Program-made: the position numbers and the translations under genes | In this document: positions 40,503 through 53,820 of the stretch, piece after piece | Position numbering within the stretch: position 1 is the stretch's first letter | Layout of the letters: every line of letters begins with the position of its first letter | Assembly: GCA_951406725.2 (NCBI GenBank) | Contig: OX597814.1 | Location: forward strand, 2,914,001 to 2,978,000 | DNA from: Octopus vulgaris | Lineage: Eukaryota | Direction: 5' to 3' | Length of the DNA stretch: 64,000 bases | Notes under the pieces: model-generated | Seen by the model: only the letters and a program-made list of their open reading frames with translations | What the model was told of the DNA's origin: nothing | The model's database searches: none

Positions 40503-40616
40503 ACCCAGGGACGGTGGTATTTGATATTTTAATGGCGCTGCCCCAGCATGGCCACAGCTCATTAGCTGAAACTGGAAAAATCAAAATCAAAATCATCAAA
40601 ATCATATATATGTATG

Positions 40617-40809
<193 letters not shown>

Positions 40810-40819
40810 GGGACAAGCC

Positions 40820-40910
40820 GTTAGTTACGACGATGAGGGTCCCAGTTGATCCGACCAATGGAACAGCCTGATCGTGAAATTCACGTGCAAGTGTCTGAGC
40901 ACTCCATTCC
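40820..40910 (-). mobile_element. SINE family A 3' fragment
   Basis: GTTACGACGATGAGGGTCCCAGTTGATCCG...GAGCACTCCA. Confidence 0.7.
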
Positions 40911-41139
40911 GGAGAAAGTGGAGCAAGAACACACACGAAAACGAAAAGAGGACACAGATGTTTGACGAAAGATAACCGGACAATGGACATGAGACAAAAT
41001 AATAGAATAAGAACAGTAATAAACGAGTGAAGAAAAAATATATAGTGCGTGTGTTTATTTTGGCCCGAAAAATAAAATGACCGTCCCGAAATACAACAAT
41101 ATCTCTTTCAACACACGATTTCACATGAGGAATCTTGAG

Positions 41140-41255
41140 AGGAGAGGGGCCAGTTGATTGGATGGATCCCCACTACGCAACTGGTATTTAATTCATCGAC
41201 CCTGACAGGATGAAAGGACAAGACGACCTCGGCAGAATCTGAACTCAGAACGTGT
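41140..41255 (-). mobile_element. Diverged SINE family C fragment
   Basis: CTGGTATTTAATTCATCGACCC..AGGATGAAAGG...TGAACTCAGAACG. Confidence 0.65.
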
Positions 41256-41600
41256 TTTCATCCCTTATGGAAATATATTTGTACATACATACATACATAT
41301 ATAAATACATACATACATACATATATACATACATACATACATACATACATACATACGTACATACATACATACATACATACATACATACATACATACGTAC
41401 ATACGTACATACATACGTAGTACGTACGTACATACACACATACATATATACACACATACATACATACATTCATACATACATACATATATATGCTTATTTT
41501 GCTTATTTTGATTTTAATCACCTTACTTTGAAATTGTATGGATAATACCGTACTAAATTGTGGTGCCTAAACTTAAGTACCATATTCATCTGAATTTATA

Positions 41601-41673
<73 letters not shown>

Positions 41674-42139
41674 GTTTGTCTTGCTATATATTTGTAGATG
41701 TATGTTTCTATGTATATATGTGTCAAGACAAATTGCGTTGTGTCCATCGCTATCTATCTACATATGCGTGTGAGTGAGTTTGTGGGGAGCGGTGAATAGG
41801 TTCACTAATCGTTATCTCCATCAACAAGGAATTGCGCTGAATCACGACAACAAATCGTCATTATAATCATGGAAGGCAACACCAACAAAGCAATAACAAC
41901 AATGACAAACACAGAAGCTAACATTAATTCTTCTGTGCACTTGTGTAAAGGCTTTTAAACTGCAACATTGACAACTGTATGGATGTATGTACACGCATGA
42001 AACCACGTACGCACTGTCACTCTCGGGTACACACACATATAATTATACACTTCCATCACTTTTCCACTCTTTTCTCGCCCCGTGTATATTAAAGTCACTC
42101 AAATGTATTACATGGCTTCATTCATTTTTTGTAAGCTTC

Positions 42140-42214
<75 letters not shown>

Positions 42215-42235
42215 TCATGTGTATATATATATATA

Positions 42236-42415
42236 TAGTTGAAACTTAGAGAAAAACAAAAGACGAAGGCAGGTGTATAAACAACAAGCTGGTATATGAG
42301 TTTGACGCTCAGGAAGGTGAGAAAGTCTTTCACGTTTCGAACGTACGCTCTTCAACAGAAAGGAACACGAGGAAATAATCAGAGAATTTTTTTAAAAACT
42401 TGTGGACTTAGCGGT
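42236..42415 (-). mobile_element. Short Penelope-like terminus family, copy 1
   Basis: Reverse complement matches 44935-45117 and 50625-50787, including the hammerhead-like motif. Confidence 0.6.
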
Positions 42416-42704
42416 CATATATATATATAGTACATTTGCCAATTAAATGTGGCCTACCCTTAAGGGTTGATGCTACTGTAGCTTGTAGCTCCATGAAGAC
42501 ATCTCCTCCAGCTGGCTATTGACACACTATCTGTTCTCTATCAGTATTTGCAAAGGGAAGTCATCCTTCCTATCTCCAGCCTGATGTGATACACACGGAC
42601 CCAGGTTTCTGAGTATTGACCTGCCACCAGCGTGTTACAACCACCGGTTGCCGATGGGAAGCAATAATAAATCTCTACAGCTACTGTTTATACTTGACAC
42701 AGAG

Positions 42705-42758
<54 letters not shown>

Positions 42759-42788
42759 TATATACATATACATACACACACACACATA

Positions 42789-42823
<35 letters not shown>

Positions 42824-42837
42824 CATATAATATATAC

Positions 42838-42876
<39 letters not shown>

Positions 42877-43026
42877 CATATAGATGCATACATACATATA
42901 TATATGTGTGTGTGTATGTGTGTGTGTGTGTGTGTATATATGTTTCGCCGAATCATGTATAATTGAAATGTATACACACATGCACAAACATATATATATG
43001 AATAATATAGAAGTATGCATGTATAA

Positions 43027-43073
<47 letters not shown>

Positions 43074-43216
43074 TATATATGTATATATACATATATATAC
43101 ATATACACGTACATATACATATATATAGGCATATATATACATATATGTATATATGCATATATATATGTATACATATATACATATATATATGCATATATAT
43201 ATATATATATATATAT

Positions 43217-43251
<35 letters not shown>

Positions 43252-43253
43252 CA

Positions 43254-43287
<34 letters not shown>

Positions 43288-43619
43288 CATACATACATAA
43301 ATACATACATTCATTCATACGTACATATATATATACATACATACATATACATGCATATAATCAGCAGTAATTATGCTGACCACTTAGAAGCTTTATCGTC
43401 ACCAGTTATCTACGTGGCCAATGAGATATTTCCGTCTGCTCCGTTTAGACTACTTAACCGTCACAATTACAGCAGTATTTATGTAATAGCTTCTCTAGAG
43501 AAACTTAGAGACTATAAACTACAATAATACTTAATGATGCCTTATCTCAACTATTGGCTCTATTTACTGACAAATACGGCCGCATTTTCTCTAAATAATA
43601 TTCCCGCATTTAATATACA

Positions 43620-43682
<63 letters not shown>

Positions 43683-43776
43683 TATGTATATATATATATA
43701 CAAACATGCACACACAGACTCACATATATACAGACACACACATACACAGACACAGACACGTGTATGTGTGTGTATG

Positions 43777-43815
<39 letters not shown>

Positions 43816-43947
43816 AGAGAGAGAAAGAGTGAGAGGGGGTTAAACACACACATACACGCGTTTCATTATGTCGAACCAATGAGTGCTCAATTCAAGATAT
43901 GTCATTCAATTTTAATACATACGTGTCTGTGTGTGTACGTGTGCATG

Positions 43948-43993
<46 letters not shown>

Positions 43994-44669
43994 CATATAG
44001 ATGTATATAACCATGTATATATAAATATATATATGTACTCATTTTATATATATGTATGTATATATAATATAATAAATGTAATAAAAATGGTAAATAATTT
44101 TCTGTGGTTTTTCATGTAACCAACAATTATTTACCGGTAAATTTCGGTATGTAAATACGACAAATTAATTGTCAGGACCTTTGTAAGGTTCAGTATATAG
44201 TAAAGAAAAAATAAGATGGTTAGCAGCAGGCTGTTTCACCTCATACCGAAGGAATTAGAAATGGCAGTCAAAGACCGTTTTTCCATTTTCTATAAGTGGA
44301 GAATCCAAAAACGAAGGCCCTTACGGCTCACATACACAAAACCGGAGTGGCAAATATACGAAGTCAGTCACTTACCGTTAATAGCGAACATATGTTTCTG
44401 GATCGCAAACATAGAAATCAGTTTGAATTCCGTCATCGGCGCTATATTCGATAGCTTTACCAAATGCCACTAGCCCTCACTTCTGACCCAGCGACATCAG
44501 ATAGTGGGGGGAAGAGCGCAGATGTTAAAACTAAGTGGCGACTGGGAACGTAAATTTTCCCTCCAAACTTCTGCCATGCGCGCTTTCTGGGTAATCGTAA
44601 TGGAATGAGGAATCCACATGGTAATGTAATATAAATGGTAAATAATTTTCTGTGGTTTTTCATGTAACC

Positions 44670-44701
<32 letters not shown>

Positions 44702-44934
44702 CTCTCTCATACACACACACACACACTTATACATACTAATACGTACTAATACATACTAATACATACTAATACATACACCAACCCCATACATACGCCTGTC
44801 CAGACCTATCCTAGGGTCATTCAACCCTATTATCAACCCTATTATCTCCCCTTATTTCGCTCTCGCGTCTCATGTTTGATCTTTGACCTCTGGCCGAAAT
44901 CAGATCGCCATGTTGATTCGTTAGTTACTGCACG

Positions 44935-45114
44935 CATTTTTTTCTCTCCTTCTTTCTGTGTTTTTTTTCTCTCTGTGTATCTTTCTGTTGAAGAGCGTAG
45001 GCTCGAAACGTTAAAGACTTGTTTTATTTATATTTCCTGAGCGCCATACTAATACAATTGTTTGTTTGTTTTCCACCTGCCTTCGTCTTTTGTCTATTTT
45101 CATAAAGCTTCCCG

Positions 45115-45117
<3 letters not shown>
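44935..45117 (+). mobile_element. Short Penelope-like terminus family, copy 2, with variant hammerhead motif
   Basis: CTTT-CTGTTGA-A-GAGC-GTAG-GCTC-GAAACGTT-AAAG at 44981-45016; ends in (TA)n. Confidence 0.6.
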
Positions 45118-45181
<64 letters not shown>

Positions 45182-45684
45182 TGCCTATCTATCTTTAGCC
45201 ATGGCCTGGACCAATCTTTGACCGAAACATACCAAAGTTATTCTAAGTTATATATAGCACCTGGAGAATTTTCAATCTGAAATTTCCGATGAAATTTCCA
45301 AACAAGTACTGAAATGTAACCGAAAATCACTGAAAGGCGGTGCTCCAGCATGGCCGTAGCCTGAGGCTGAAACCACTAAAAGTGTGTGTAATCGTGTATC
45401 TGTGTGTACATGTGTATATGTGTGTACATGTGTGTGTGTGTGTGTGTGCATATCAAGCTCATGCTTTGTCCAGATCGTGCCGTATAGCCAGCTGGAGACG
45501 ATGTCTCATAGGGCTAAATTACAGCAACATTCGTCCTAAACCAGGACTGCCATGTTATGTTTGGAAACAATCTTTACTCCAAAGTACTGTTGCTGAGATT
45601 TACAGATAGTAATTTTCTAAAGAATATTAGTCTATTTTCTGGAGAATATTAGACTAAAATTTATTCACTATACGGTTATAACTA

Positions 45685-45880
45685 AGGCGGCGAGCTGGCA
45701 GAAACGTTAGCACGCCGGGCGAAATGCTTAGCTGTATTTCGTCTGCCGCTACGTTCTGAGTTCAAATTCCGCTGATGTCGACTTTGCCTTTCATCCTTTC
45801 TCAGTCGGTAAATTAAGTACCAGTCGACTGGCACCCTCCCCCAAAATTTCGGCCCTTGCGCCCAGAGTAGAAAAGACTAT
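45685..45880 (+). mobile_element. SINE family C variant with alternative 3' end
   Basis: Family C head and Deu-like core; probable TSD CTATACGGTTAT(A/C)ACTAA on both sides. Confidence 0.8.
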
Positions 45881-45917
45881 ACGGTTATCACTAATAAGCT
45901 GTAAACTTATAAAATAT

Positions 45918-45950
<33 letters not shown>

Positions 45951-46319
45951 GAACACACATACACGCGCGTGCGCACATGCACCCATAAATCGTTATAGAT
46001 TGTAAGATGTTTGTTCAGTCATTGATGGTCGTCTGAAAATTTGGAATTACCAAAAAATACGGTCAGCTTCATTGTTTTCTAAATATAAATCTTGGTTCGT
46101 CTAGATTCTAGACTCTAGAATCTTGATAAAGCGATTGTCTTAAGTAGATCTTCAGCTCGTCCACTTCTGGCCCATGACCGTTTAAAACGTGTGTTGAGAG
46201 AGCATTAAGCGGTCTAAGTGCCCTTTAAATATTATATCATTGAGGACTTGCCCTAAATTCTACTTTTGAATGCATGGAGAAAATAAATTGAAGTCATGTG
46301 TCTTGGTGGTTGCAGTATT

Positions 46320-46580
46320 CGGCTCATGATTGTGTGTTCAATTCTCGGAATATGTAGTGACCTTCATCAAAACATTGTATTAAACGTTGCTACATCCTCT
46401 CAGCTGATAAAAATGAGTTGTACCTGTTATTCAAAAGGGACGACATTGGTATATTTCGTGTCACGCCCAATCTATCTCAGAACTATGTTAGAGGTACGCG
46501 AGTCTGGGAAGGCTTAACCATTTTGACACTAATTTTACGATCACCCGGAACACTGGTCGTTGTCACCGACGGAGTGCCAA
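46320..46580 (+). mobile_element. Highly diverged SINE related to family A
   Basis: CAGAACTATGTTAGAGGTACGCG...GTCGTTGTCACCGACGGAGTGCC resembles the family A 3' end. Confidence 0.5.
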
Positions 46581-46649
46581 TTAAATTGTAAAGAAATAGT
46601 AGATGACATTTTATACATTATTTACATTATTTACATTTATTCTTTTGTT

Positions 46650-46858
46650 TTACTCTTTTATTTGTTTCAGTCCTTTGACTGCGACCATGCTGGAGCACCT
46701 CCTTTAATCGAGCAAATCGACCTCAGGACTTATTCTTTGTAAGCTTAGTACTTATTCTATAGGTGTCTTTTCCCGAAAAGCAAATTTACGGGGACGTAAA
46801 CACACCAGAATCGGTTGTCAAGCGATGTTGGGGGGGACAAACACAGACATACAAGCAT

Positions 46859-46860
<2 letters not shown>
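46650..46860 (-). mobile_element. SINE family B, 3' half
   Basis: TTTACTCTTTT...CATGCTGGAGCACC...GGACAAACACAGAC. Confidence 0.8.
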
Positions 46861-46929
<69 letters not shown>

Positions 46930-47092
46930 TGTGTGTGCGTGTATATATATAATTATAATTTAGGGTAAGTGAGAGATACTATCACGCTGAAAATAGCAGT
47001 TAAAACATGACTCTAAAACCACATTCAATGTTCATACAGCACCAGGAGAGAAGACAAAAAGACAAAATAAACTAGCAAAAAATTACTGGATA

Positions 47093-47135
47093 ATTCCAGA
47101 TCCTGGATTTCTGGCTTTGCCTTCATCAGTGGAAT
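47093..47135 (-). ncRNA. Minimal type I hammerhead ribozyme motif
   Basis: Reverse strand ATTCCA-CTGATGA-A-GGC-AAA-GCC-A-GAAA-TCC-A-GGA-TC-TGGAAT: perfect 6-bp stem I, intact core boxes, AUC cleavage triplet. Confidence 0.65.
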
Positions 47136-47494
47136 ATACTCAGATAGCACATAAATACATATATATATATATATATATATATACAACATACGGTTTGAGG
47201 ATAGAGCGGAATGAGCGATGTGATCACAGAGTGCCGAAAGCACTAGTTCCGATGGGTCGGCCATGTTGCAAGGTTCACAGCCAACAAGCGGACCCGTACA
47301 GTCGCTGAGTAGTATCCAAGATCGGAAGAGGCCACTTGGAAGTCTTTAATGATGATGGGGAGACTGTTTTTAAGAATTTGGATGAAAATGAAAAAGAATG
47401 ACACAATCAAGACAAGATTGAAGAGAACTGTGATCAGCGGTGTATAATAGCATCTGATAGTTTGATCAATATTTTGATACAGTGATACATTAAG

Positions 47495-47700
47495 GCAGGG
47501 AGATGGCAGAACCGTTAGCATGCCCGACTAAATGCTTAGCGGCATTTCGTCTGTCGTTACGTACTAAAGTTCAAATACCGCCAGGATCGACTTTCCTACT
47601 CATTTTTTCGGTGTCGATAAAATAAGAACCAGCCAAGCACGAGCACGATATAATCGACTTATCTCCTATCCGGAAATTGCTGGCCTTGTGCCAAAATTCG
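47495..47700 (+). mobile_element. Diverged SINE family C
   Basis: GGCAGAACCGTTAGCATGCC...AAATGCTTAGCGGCATTTCG...GTCGATAAAATAAG. Confidence 0.7.
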
Positions 47701-47717
47701 TAAACCTCATTTATATA

Positions 47718-48368
47718 CAAGGTTGAGCAAAAGTCACCCGACAGTAAATCAAAATTCCATAACTACTTAAATATTCAATTTTATTTATTTATTTATTCCA
47801 ATTAAGAATTTTTAATAATTAAATTCTGTGAGTTAAAAATCACCGGTTTTTTTTTCAACATTTGTCTATTTCTTACTCTCTTTACTCTTTAACTCTTTCA
47901 CTTGTTTCAGTCATTTGACTGCGGCCATGCTGGAGCACCGCGTTTAGTCGAGCAAATCGACAGAGGAATTATTATCTATAAACCTAGTACTTAACCTATC
48001 GATCTCTTTTGCCGAACCACTAAGTACGGGAACGTAAACACACTAGCATCGGTTGTGAAGCAATGCTAGAGGGACAAACACAGACACACAAACATATACC
48101 CACACCTACATATACATATACATATACATATATACGAAGGGCTTCTTTCAGTTTCCGTCTACCAAATCCATTCACAAGACTTTGGTTGGCCCGAGGCTAT
48201 AGTAGAATACACTTGCCTAAGGTGCCACACAGTGGGAATGAACTCGGAAACATGTGGTTGGTAAGCAAGCTGCTTACCACACAGCCACTCCTGCGCCTAT
48301 TAGCAAAATCTCAAATAAAATAATTTTTTGTTAAAATATTGGAGTCAGGTGATTTTTGGCCAACCCTG
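47718..48368. mobile_element. Tc1/mariner-type MITE with nested SINE B
   Basis: TA-flanked TIRs CAAGGTTGAGCAAAAGTCACCCGAC / GTCAGGTGATTTTTGGCCAACCCTG. Confidence 0.7.
47873..48297 (-). mobile_element. SINE family B, full-length
   Basis: Matches family B. Confidence 0.88.
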
Positions 48369-48719
48369 TATATTATATGTTTTCTCTTTTCCAAAGGAAG
48401 AGAGCTTGGTTTAATTAATTTTGCCAAGAAAAATACCAAAATAAAATTATTTTTGTTATTTCCTTTTAAATGTATGAATTTTATGTAAATAAAGGAAACC
48501 CTATTAATAATAGTTTTGTTGAATGGAAGGATATGAGTCAACACAATGACGTTATATGAAGACATTTGGACTGCGTTGGAGAGTCGCAAACACAAGAGCG
48601 ACTTCGCTGTAAAGTACAACTGACAGATTTCATAAACCAGTTCAACACAATTAAAAAATAGTAAAAGACGAAATATGAAATTAACAAATAAAAATAACGG
48701 CTTCAAATTTTGGCAGAAG

Positions 48720-48915
48720 GCCAGCAATATCGGGGTGGGTTGGGGATGCGGTAGGGAGAGGGTGGGGGTCGATGTGATCGACTCCCAGTATTCAGCTTGT
48801 ACTTATTTTATCGACCCCGAAGGAATAAATGGGAAATAGGGTCTCGGCAGAATTTGAACTAATAACGCACGCCGGACAAAATGCTTAGTGGCATTTCGTC
48901 CGGTGTGCTAACGAT
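48720..48915 (-). mobile_element. Diverged SINE family C
   Basis: TACTTATTTTATCGACCCCGAAGG...GCATTTCGTCCGGTGTGCTAACGATTCT. Confidence 0.65.
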
Positions 48916-49151
48916 TCTATCATCTCACCGTCTTTATAATGAATAATAACACTGATACATTATTTACATCATTTACATTTGACGGATATTTGTCCTCATC
49001 TTGTTTGTCGTTAACAACGTTTTGACTGATATACCCTCCAACCTTCATCAGGGGTCTTGGGGGAAATTTCGAACCTAGATTCTTGCTGCGAAGACGCGTG
49101 TTACACAGATTTTTATGCGACGTGTCGTATCTCCATATATATATATATATA

Positions 49152-49182
<31 letters not shown>

Positions 49183-50220
49183 ATATAGACAGAGAGAGAC
49201 ACAGTATAAGAAATACCTTGCAACAAAATTTCTTGTAATTATCTCCACATCTCTTTCTGTAATTATCTCCACATCTAATTGTATCATGCTTATTGTCAGG
49301 AGAAATGAAGACAGTCACGGACATGTTTCTGACTTGATAACCTTCATCAGCACGACAACCGTCTCACCTTAGCTCCAGTAGCCAAAGGACTTAGACTTAA
49401 ATAAAACAAAGTAGAAAAGAATTACGGTATAGGTTATTTGCATAATATTTTTTCTCAATGAGCTAGGGAAATCACCAGAAGCGATTTATACTTTGTTTGT
49501 AATTTCCTCGCTTGACAAAGCCAAGATAAATCTACATCTCGATCTAATACACAGGCAATAAACTTACAGTTATCCAAACACGTCGTCGACATATTTATCG
49601 CCATACTTTTTATCGGCGGAGTAAACAGAGCGCTAGATATAATTTAAAATGTTTATTCACAAATTAAATATCTTGGATTCTATTAGCAATGAAAAATATA
49701 TTCAAAGGCGAAAAATTCCATCCTGCGATCTGAACTTCTTTTCTTTTTTAAAAAAATATTTAAAAGGAAGTAGTAATAATGGAAGGGGTATTGCCGTTTT
49801 AAGATATTCCACATCACAAACACAAATATAAAGACGGTGCATCGAATGCTCATCGGATTGTCATGGATTATTTAAGAAGTATTTCTCAGAATTTGTATAT
49901 TTAGAATGTTTCTTTCTTCTCGAATTTAAAATGGTGGAAACACTTTCTGCATTTTTAAAGATTTTCTATTCTTAAATCTCACTCGGATTGGAATTCTTTT
50001 TCTTTTTTTCAATCCTATATTAAAGTAATTGAATATTAATATTTTTCTCTTTTTTTTATTGTTAATGAAATAACGTATTTAGTTTTTAACAATAAAACCT
50101 GTAAATAATGTGTAACGATGTATTTACTCGGCGGATAAAAACTGAAACGTAGCGAGGAATTATTTCACGATCTATTGAAGCTAAAGTCTCTAAATGTACA
50201 TAGCTATCTAACTAGATATT

Positions 50221-50372
<152 letters not shown>

Positions 50373-50624
50373 TGTGGTCTAAAAATGGAATCTAACCAAA
50401 TATTGATAATTTGAAACTGTTTAACACGCACGTTTCAAGTTAGCATAATTTATGAAATACATCTATTACGAAAGTCCTTCCTGCAACATCCAAAATATCA
50501 CTTTTGGTTTAACTTCATCATTACAACTTGTAAGTTTCGATACCAGTACAAATTACCCGGTCAAGATTCCACTCATCCGGATACACTAAGAGCAATTTAC
50601 AGTAGTCTTTTATATTTGACTTGA

Positions 50625-50787
50625 TTTTTTTTCTCTCTGTGTTTATTTCCTTATGTTCCTTTCTGTTCAAGAGCGTAGGCTCGAAACATAAAAGACTTTC
50701 TCACCTTCTCAAGCGTTAAACTAATACACCTGTTTGTTGTTTACACATCTGTCTTCGTCTTTTGTTTATCTGTAAATTTCAACTATA
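50625..50787 (+). mobile_element. Short Penelope-like terminus family, copy 3
   Basis: CCTTTCTGTTCAAGAGCGTAGGCTCGAAACATAAAAGAC, a degenerate hammerhead motif. Confidence 0.6.
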
Positions 50788-50796
50788 GATGTGTGT

Positions 50797-50836
<40 letters not shown>

Positions 50837-50874
50837 ATATACATATATATATAATTCAGACACACATATATGTG

Positions 50875-51295
50875 CGTGTGTGGCTGTGTAGTAAGAATCT
50901 TCCTTCCCAACTACATGAGTTCAGGTTCAATGCTACTGCGTGACACCTTGGGCAATTTTCTTCTGCTATAACCTCGGGCCAAACAAAGCTTCATGAGTGG
51001 ATTTAGTAGAAGGAAACTGAAAGAAACCTGTCGTATACATATATATGTATATGTATTTATGTGTATGTCTTTGTGTCTGTGTTTGTCCCCACCCCCGGCG
51101 CTTGACAACCAATGTTGTAACATTCACATACCTGTAATTTAGCGGCTTAGAATTGTTTAAATGTCCACTAAGTTTAGCGGTGTAGCAGTACTAGACAGAC
51201 TAACGGGTAGAATCTTGGAGTAGATTTCTTCGACTTGAACCCTTTAATGTGGTGCTCCAGCATGGCCGCTGTCAAATACCTGAAATGTGTAAAAC
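50875..51295 (+). mobile_element. Diverged SINE family B
   Basis: GTGGCTGTGTAGTAAG...CCTTGGGCAA...GGTGCTCCAGCATGGCCGC. Confidence 0.75.
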
Positions 51296-51621
51296 AATAC
51301 CATATGTACATCACAGCATGAAATTATAAGTAAATATGAATATTTCAGAGCCTGGCAGCGGAGAAATAAGTATTACAAACGCATTCATTCCGCAGAATAT
51401 ATGGGAGAAGGGAGGGGGGTCTCCTGACAGACCATTTCGCTGTTTGCTGATCACTCTTCAAAGGAAAGTTAACTGGCTTCTGTCAAAAATAAATAGCACT
51501 GCGAACATTCAAAGGCAGTTAGAAATTAAGCTAGTACTGTAGTGGATAGCCTAATTTGCTTAGTTGTACATTTGATGGCGCATTGTTAATTGAACAATAT
51601 CTATTTTAAGCACACAATATT

Positions 51622-52007
51622 TTTTGGAAGCACTCCGTCGGTTACGACGACGAGGGTTCCGGTTGATCCGATGAACGGAACAACCTGCTCGTGAAATTAA
51701 CGTGTAAGTGGCTGAGCATTCCACAGACACGTGTACCCTTAACGTAGTTCTCGGGGATATTCAGCGTGACACAGAGAGTGACAAGGCCGGCCCTTTGAAA
51801 TACAGGTACAACAGAAACAGGAAGTAAGAGTGAGAGAAAGTTGTGGTGAAAAAGTACAGCAGGGATCACCACCATCCCTGCCGGAACCTCGTGGAGCTTT
51901 AGGTGTTTTCGCTCAATAAACACTCACAACGCCCGGTCTGGGAATCGAAACCGCGATCCTACGACCGCGAGTCCGCTGCCCTAACCACTTGGCCATTGCG
52001 TCTCCAC
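51622..52007 (-). mobile_element. SINE family A, full-length
   Basis: Near-identical to 196-584; TSD ACACAATATT. Confidence 0.9.
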
Positions 52008-52593
52008 ACACAATATTAATGGATGGTTCATTGTGCATTTAACAAAAGCTTCAGCTACAACACAAAACGGGCGCCAAAACTAAGTTACGACAAATAAGTT
52101 AAATAAGTTCCGCTTCTATACAGATTTCCAAACACAAGAAGAAAAGTAGCAACAGCTTTATCAGTAGCAAAATGCAGATCAAATATCAATACGCACATAC
52201 ATGGATTAAACACTTGAACCGTAAAATAGTAAAGTATTTGACGATGATGATTGCTATTGTTTCAAAGAACATTCTCATGATTCTTTGCTGCCTCTGACAA
52301 AACGCAGCAACAGCGGAATGCTATCGTTATTTCATTCAGAAAGAGAGACCGAGATCGTAAAATTGTTATGCTCTTAGGAACGATATTAGACCGAGCCAAA
52401 GAACTATCGGGGAACTAATTATGAAATGTAAAAATTCTTTGATAGAATTTATATTTCCTTATTAGGCCTTCAATAGAAAGATTTTGACAGGAACAAAGCC
52501 TTCAATATCAGGTTTCAAAGGAAAGTTATTTCTTATAAATACACACGCACACACACACACACACACAAATATATATCCCTACTTATATACATG

Positions 52594-52643
<50 letters not shown>

Positions 52644-53133
52644 TACATATAATATTATGCATATATATACATGTACATATATATATACATATAATATTAT
52701 GTATATATATATATATATATGTACACAAAATAATATGTATGTATGTATATATATATACATATATATACGTATATATATATATATACACATATACATATAT
52801 ATATACGTATATATATGTATATATATAGACATTTATATATATATAAATATATATATATATTTATATATATATAAATGTCTATATAACTATATATTACAGA
52901 GAGAGAGTAGAGAGAGAGACAGAGAGACAGAGTAGGAGAGAGGGATAGCTATGTTCATGGTTTCATGGCGAGAGACAGACAGACAGACAGACATCGAGGC
53001 GGAGGAAGTGGAGTAAGATGTAAAAAAGAAGAGGAAGTGAGCTCTTTATATAAACGGGTGGAGCAGTTTTTGGCATTTTATTTGACAGGAAGACAATAAT
53101 TAACAACCTTGCAGAACATTATCTACTTTAGCA

Positions 53134-53279
53134 GTGGTGGTGGTGGTGGTTGTGGTGGTGGTGGTGGTGTTGGTGGTGGTGGTGGTTTCGGCGATGGTGG
53201 TGGTGAGGGTTGTAGTGGTGAATGGTGGCAATGATAATGCTGGTTGTGGTGACAATGCAGTAATAGTGATATTAGTTGT

Positions 53280-53312
<33 letters not shown>

Positions 53313-53820
53313 AGTGGTGGTGGTGGTGGTGGTGCTGGTGCTGCTGCTGCTCTTGCTGGTGTAGGTGGTTATGGAGTTCGCGGTGGTGGTTTCAGTGGTT
53401 GTGGTGGGGATGGGGATGGCGGTAGTGGCGGCGTTCTTGATGCTTTTTGGCGGTGTTTATGGAGATGACAGTAGCGGCGACAATGATGGCGATGACAGTG
53501 GTGGTGGTGGAGGTGGTGGTGGTGGTGGTGGTGGTGGTGGTGGTGGTGGTGGCTTTGGTAGTGGCGGCGGTGGTGGTGGTGGTGGTGGTTGTGGCGGTGG
53601 TGGTGGTGGTAGCTTTGGTAGTGGCGGTGTTGGTGGTGGTGGTGGTGATGGTGGCGGTGGTGGTTTTGGTGGTGGTGGTGGTGGTTTTGGTGGTGGTGGT
53701 GGTGGTTTTGGTGGTGGTGGTGGTGGTGGTGGTGGTGGTGGTGGTGATGGTGGTGGTGGTGGTGGTGGTGGTGGTGGTGGTGGTGGTGACGGTGCTGTGG
53801 GTGATGGTGGTGGTGGCGGT
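53134..53820. repeat. (GGT)n/(GTT)n compound trinucleotide repeat
   Basis: Visible; yields poly-Gly, Val, His, Thr and Pro ORFs in different frames. Confidence 0.9.

Noticed and set aside
41780-41960. Unique sequence with short ATG ORF (MEGNTNKA...) as a possible host exon
   Set aside because: Only 29 codons, no clear splice structure or homology.
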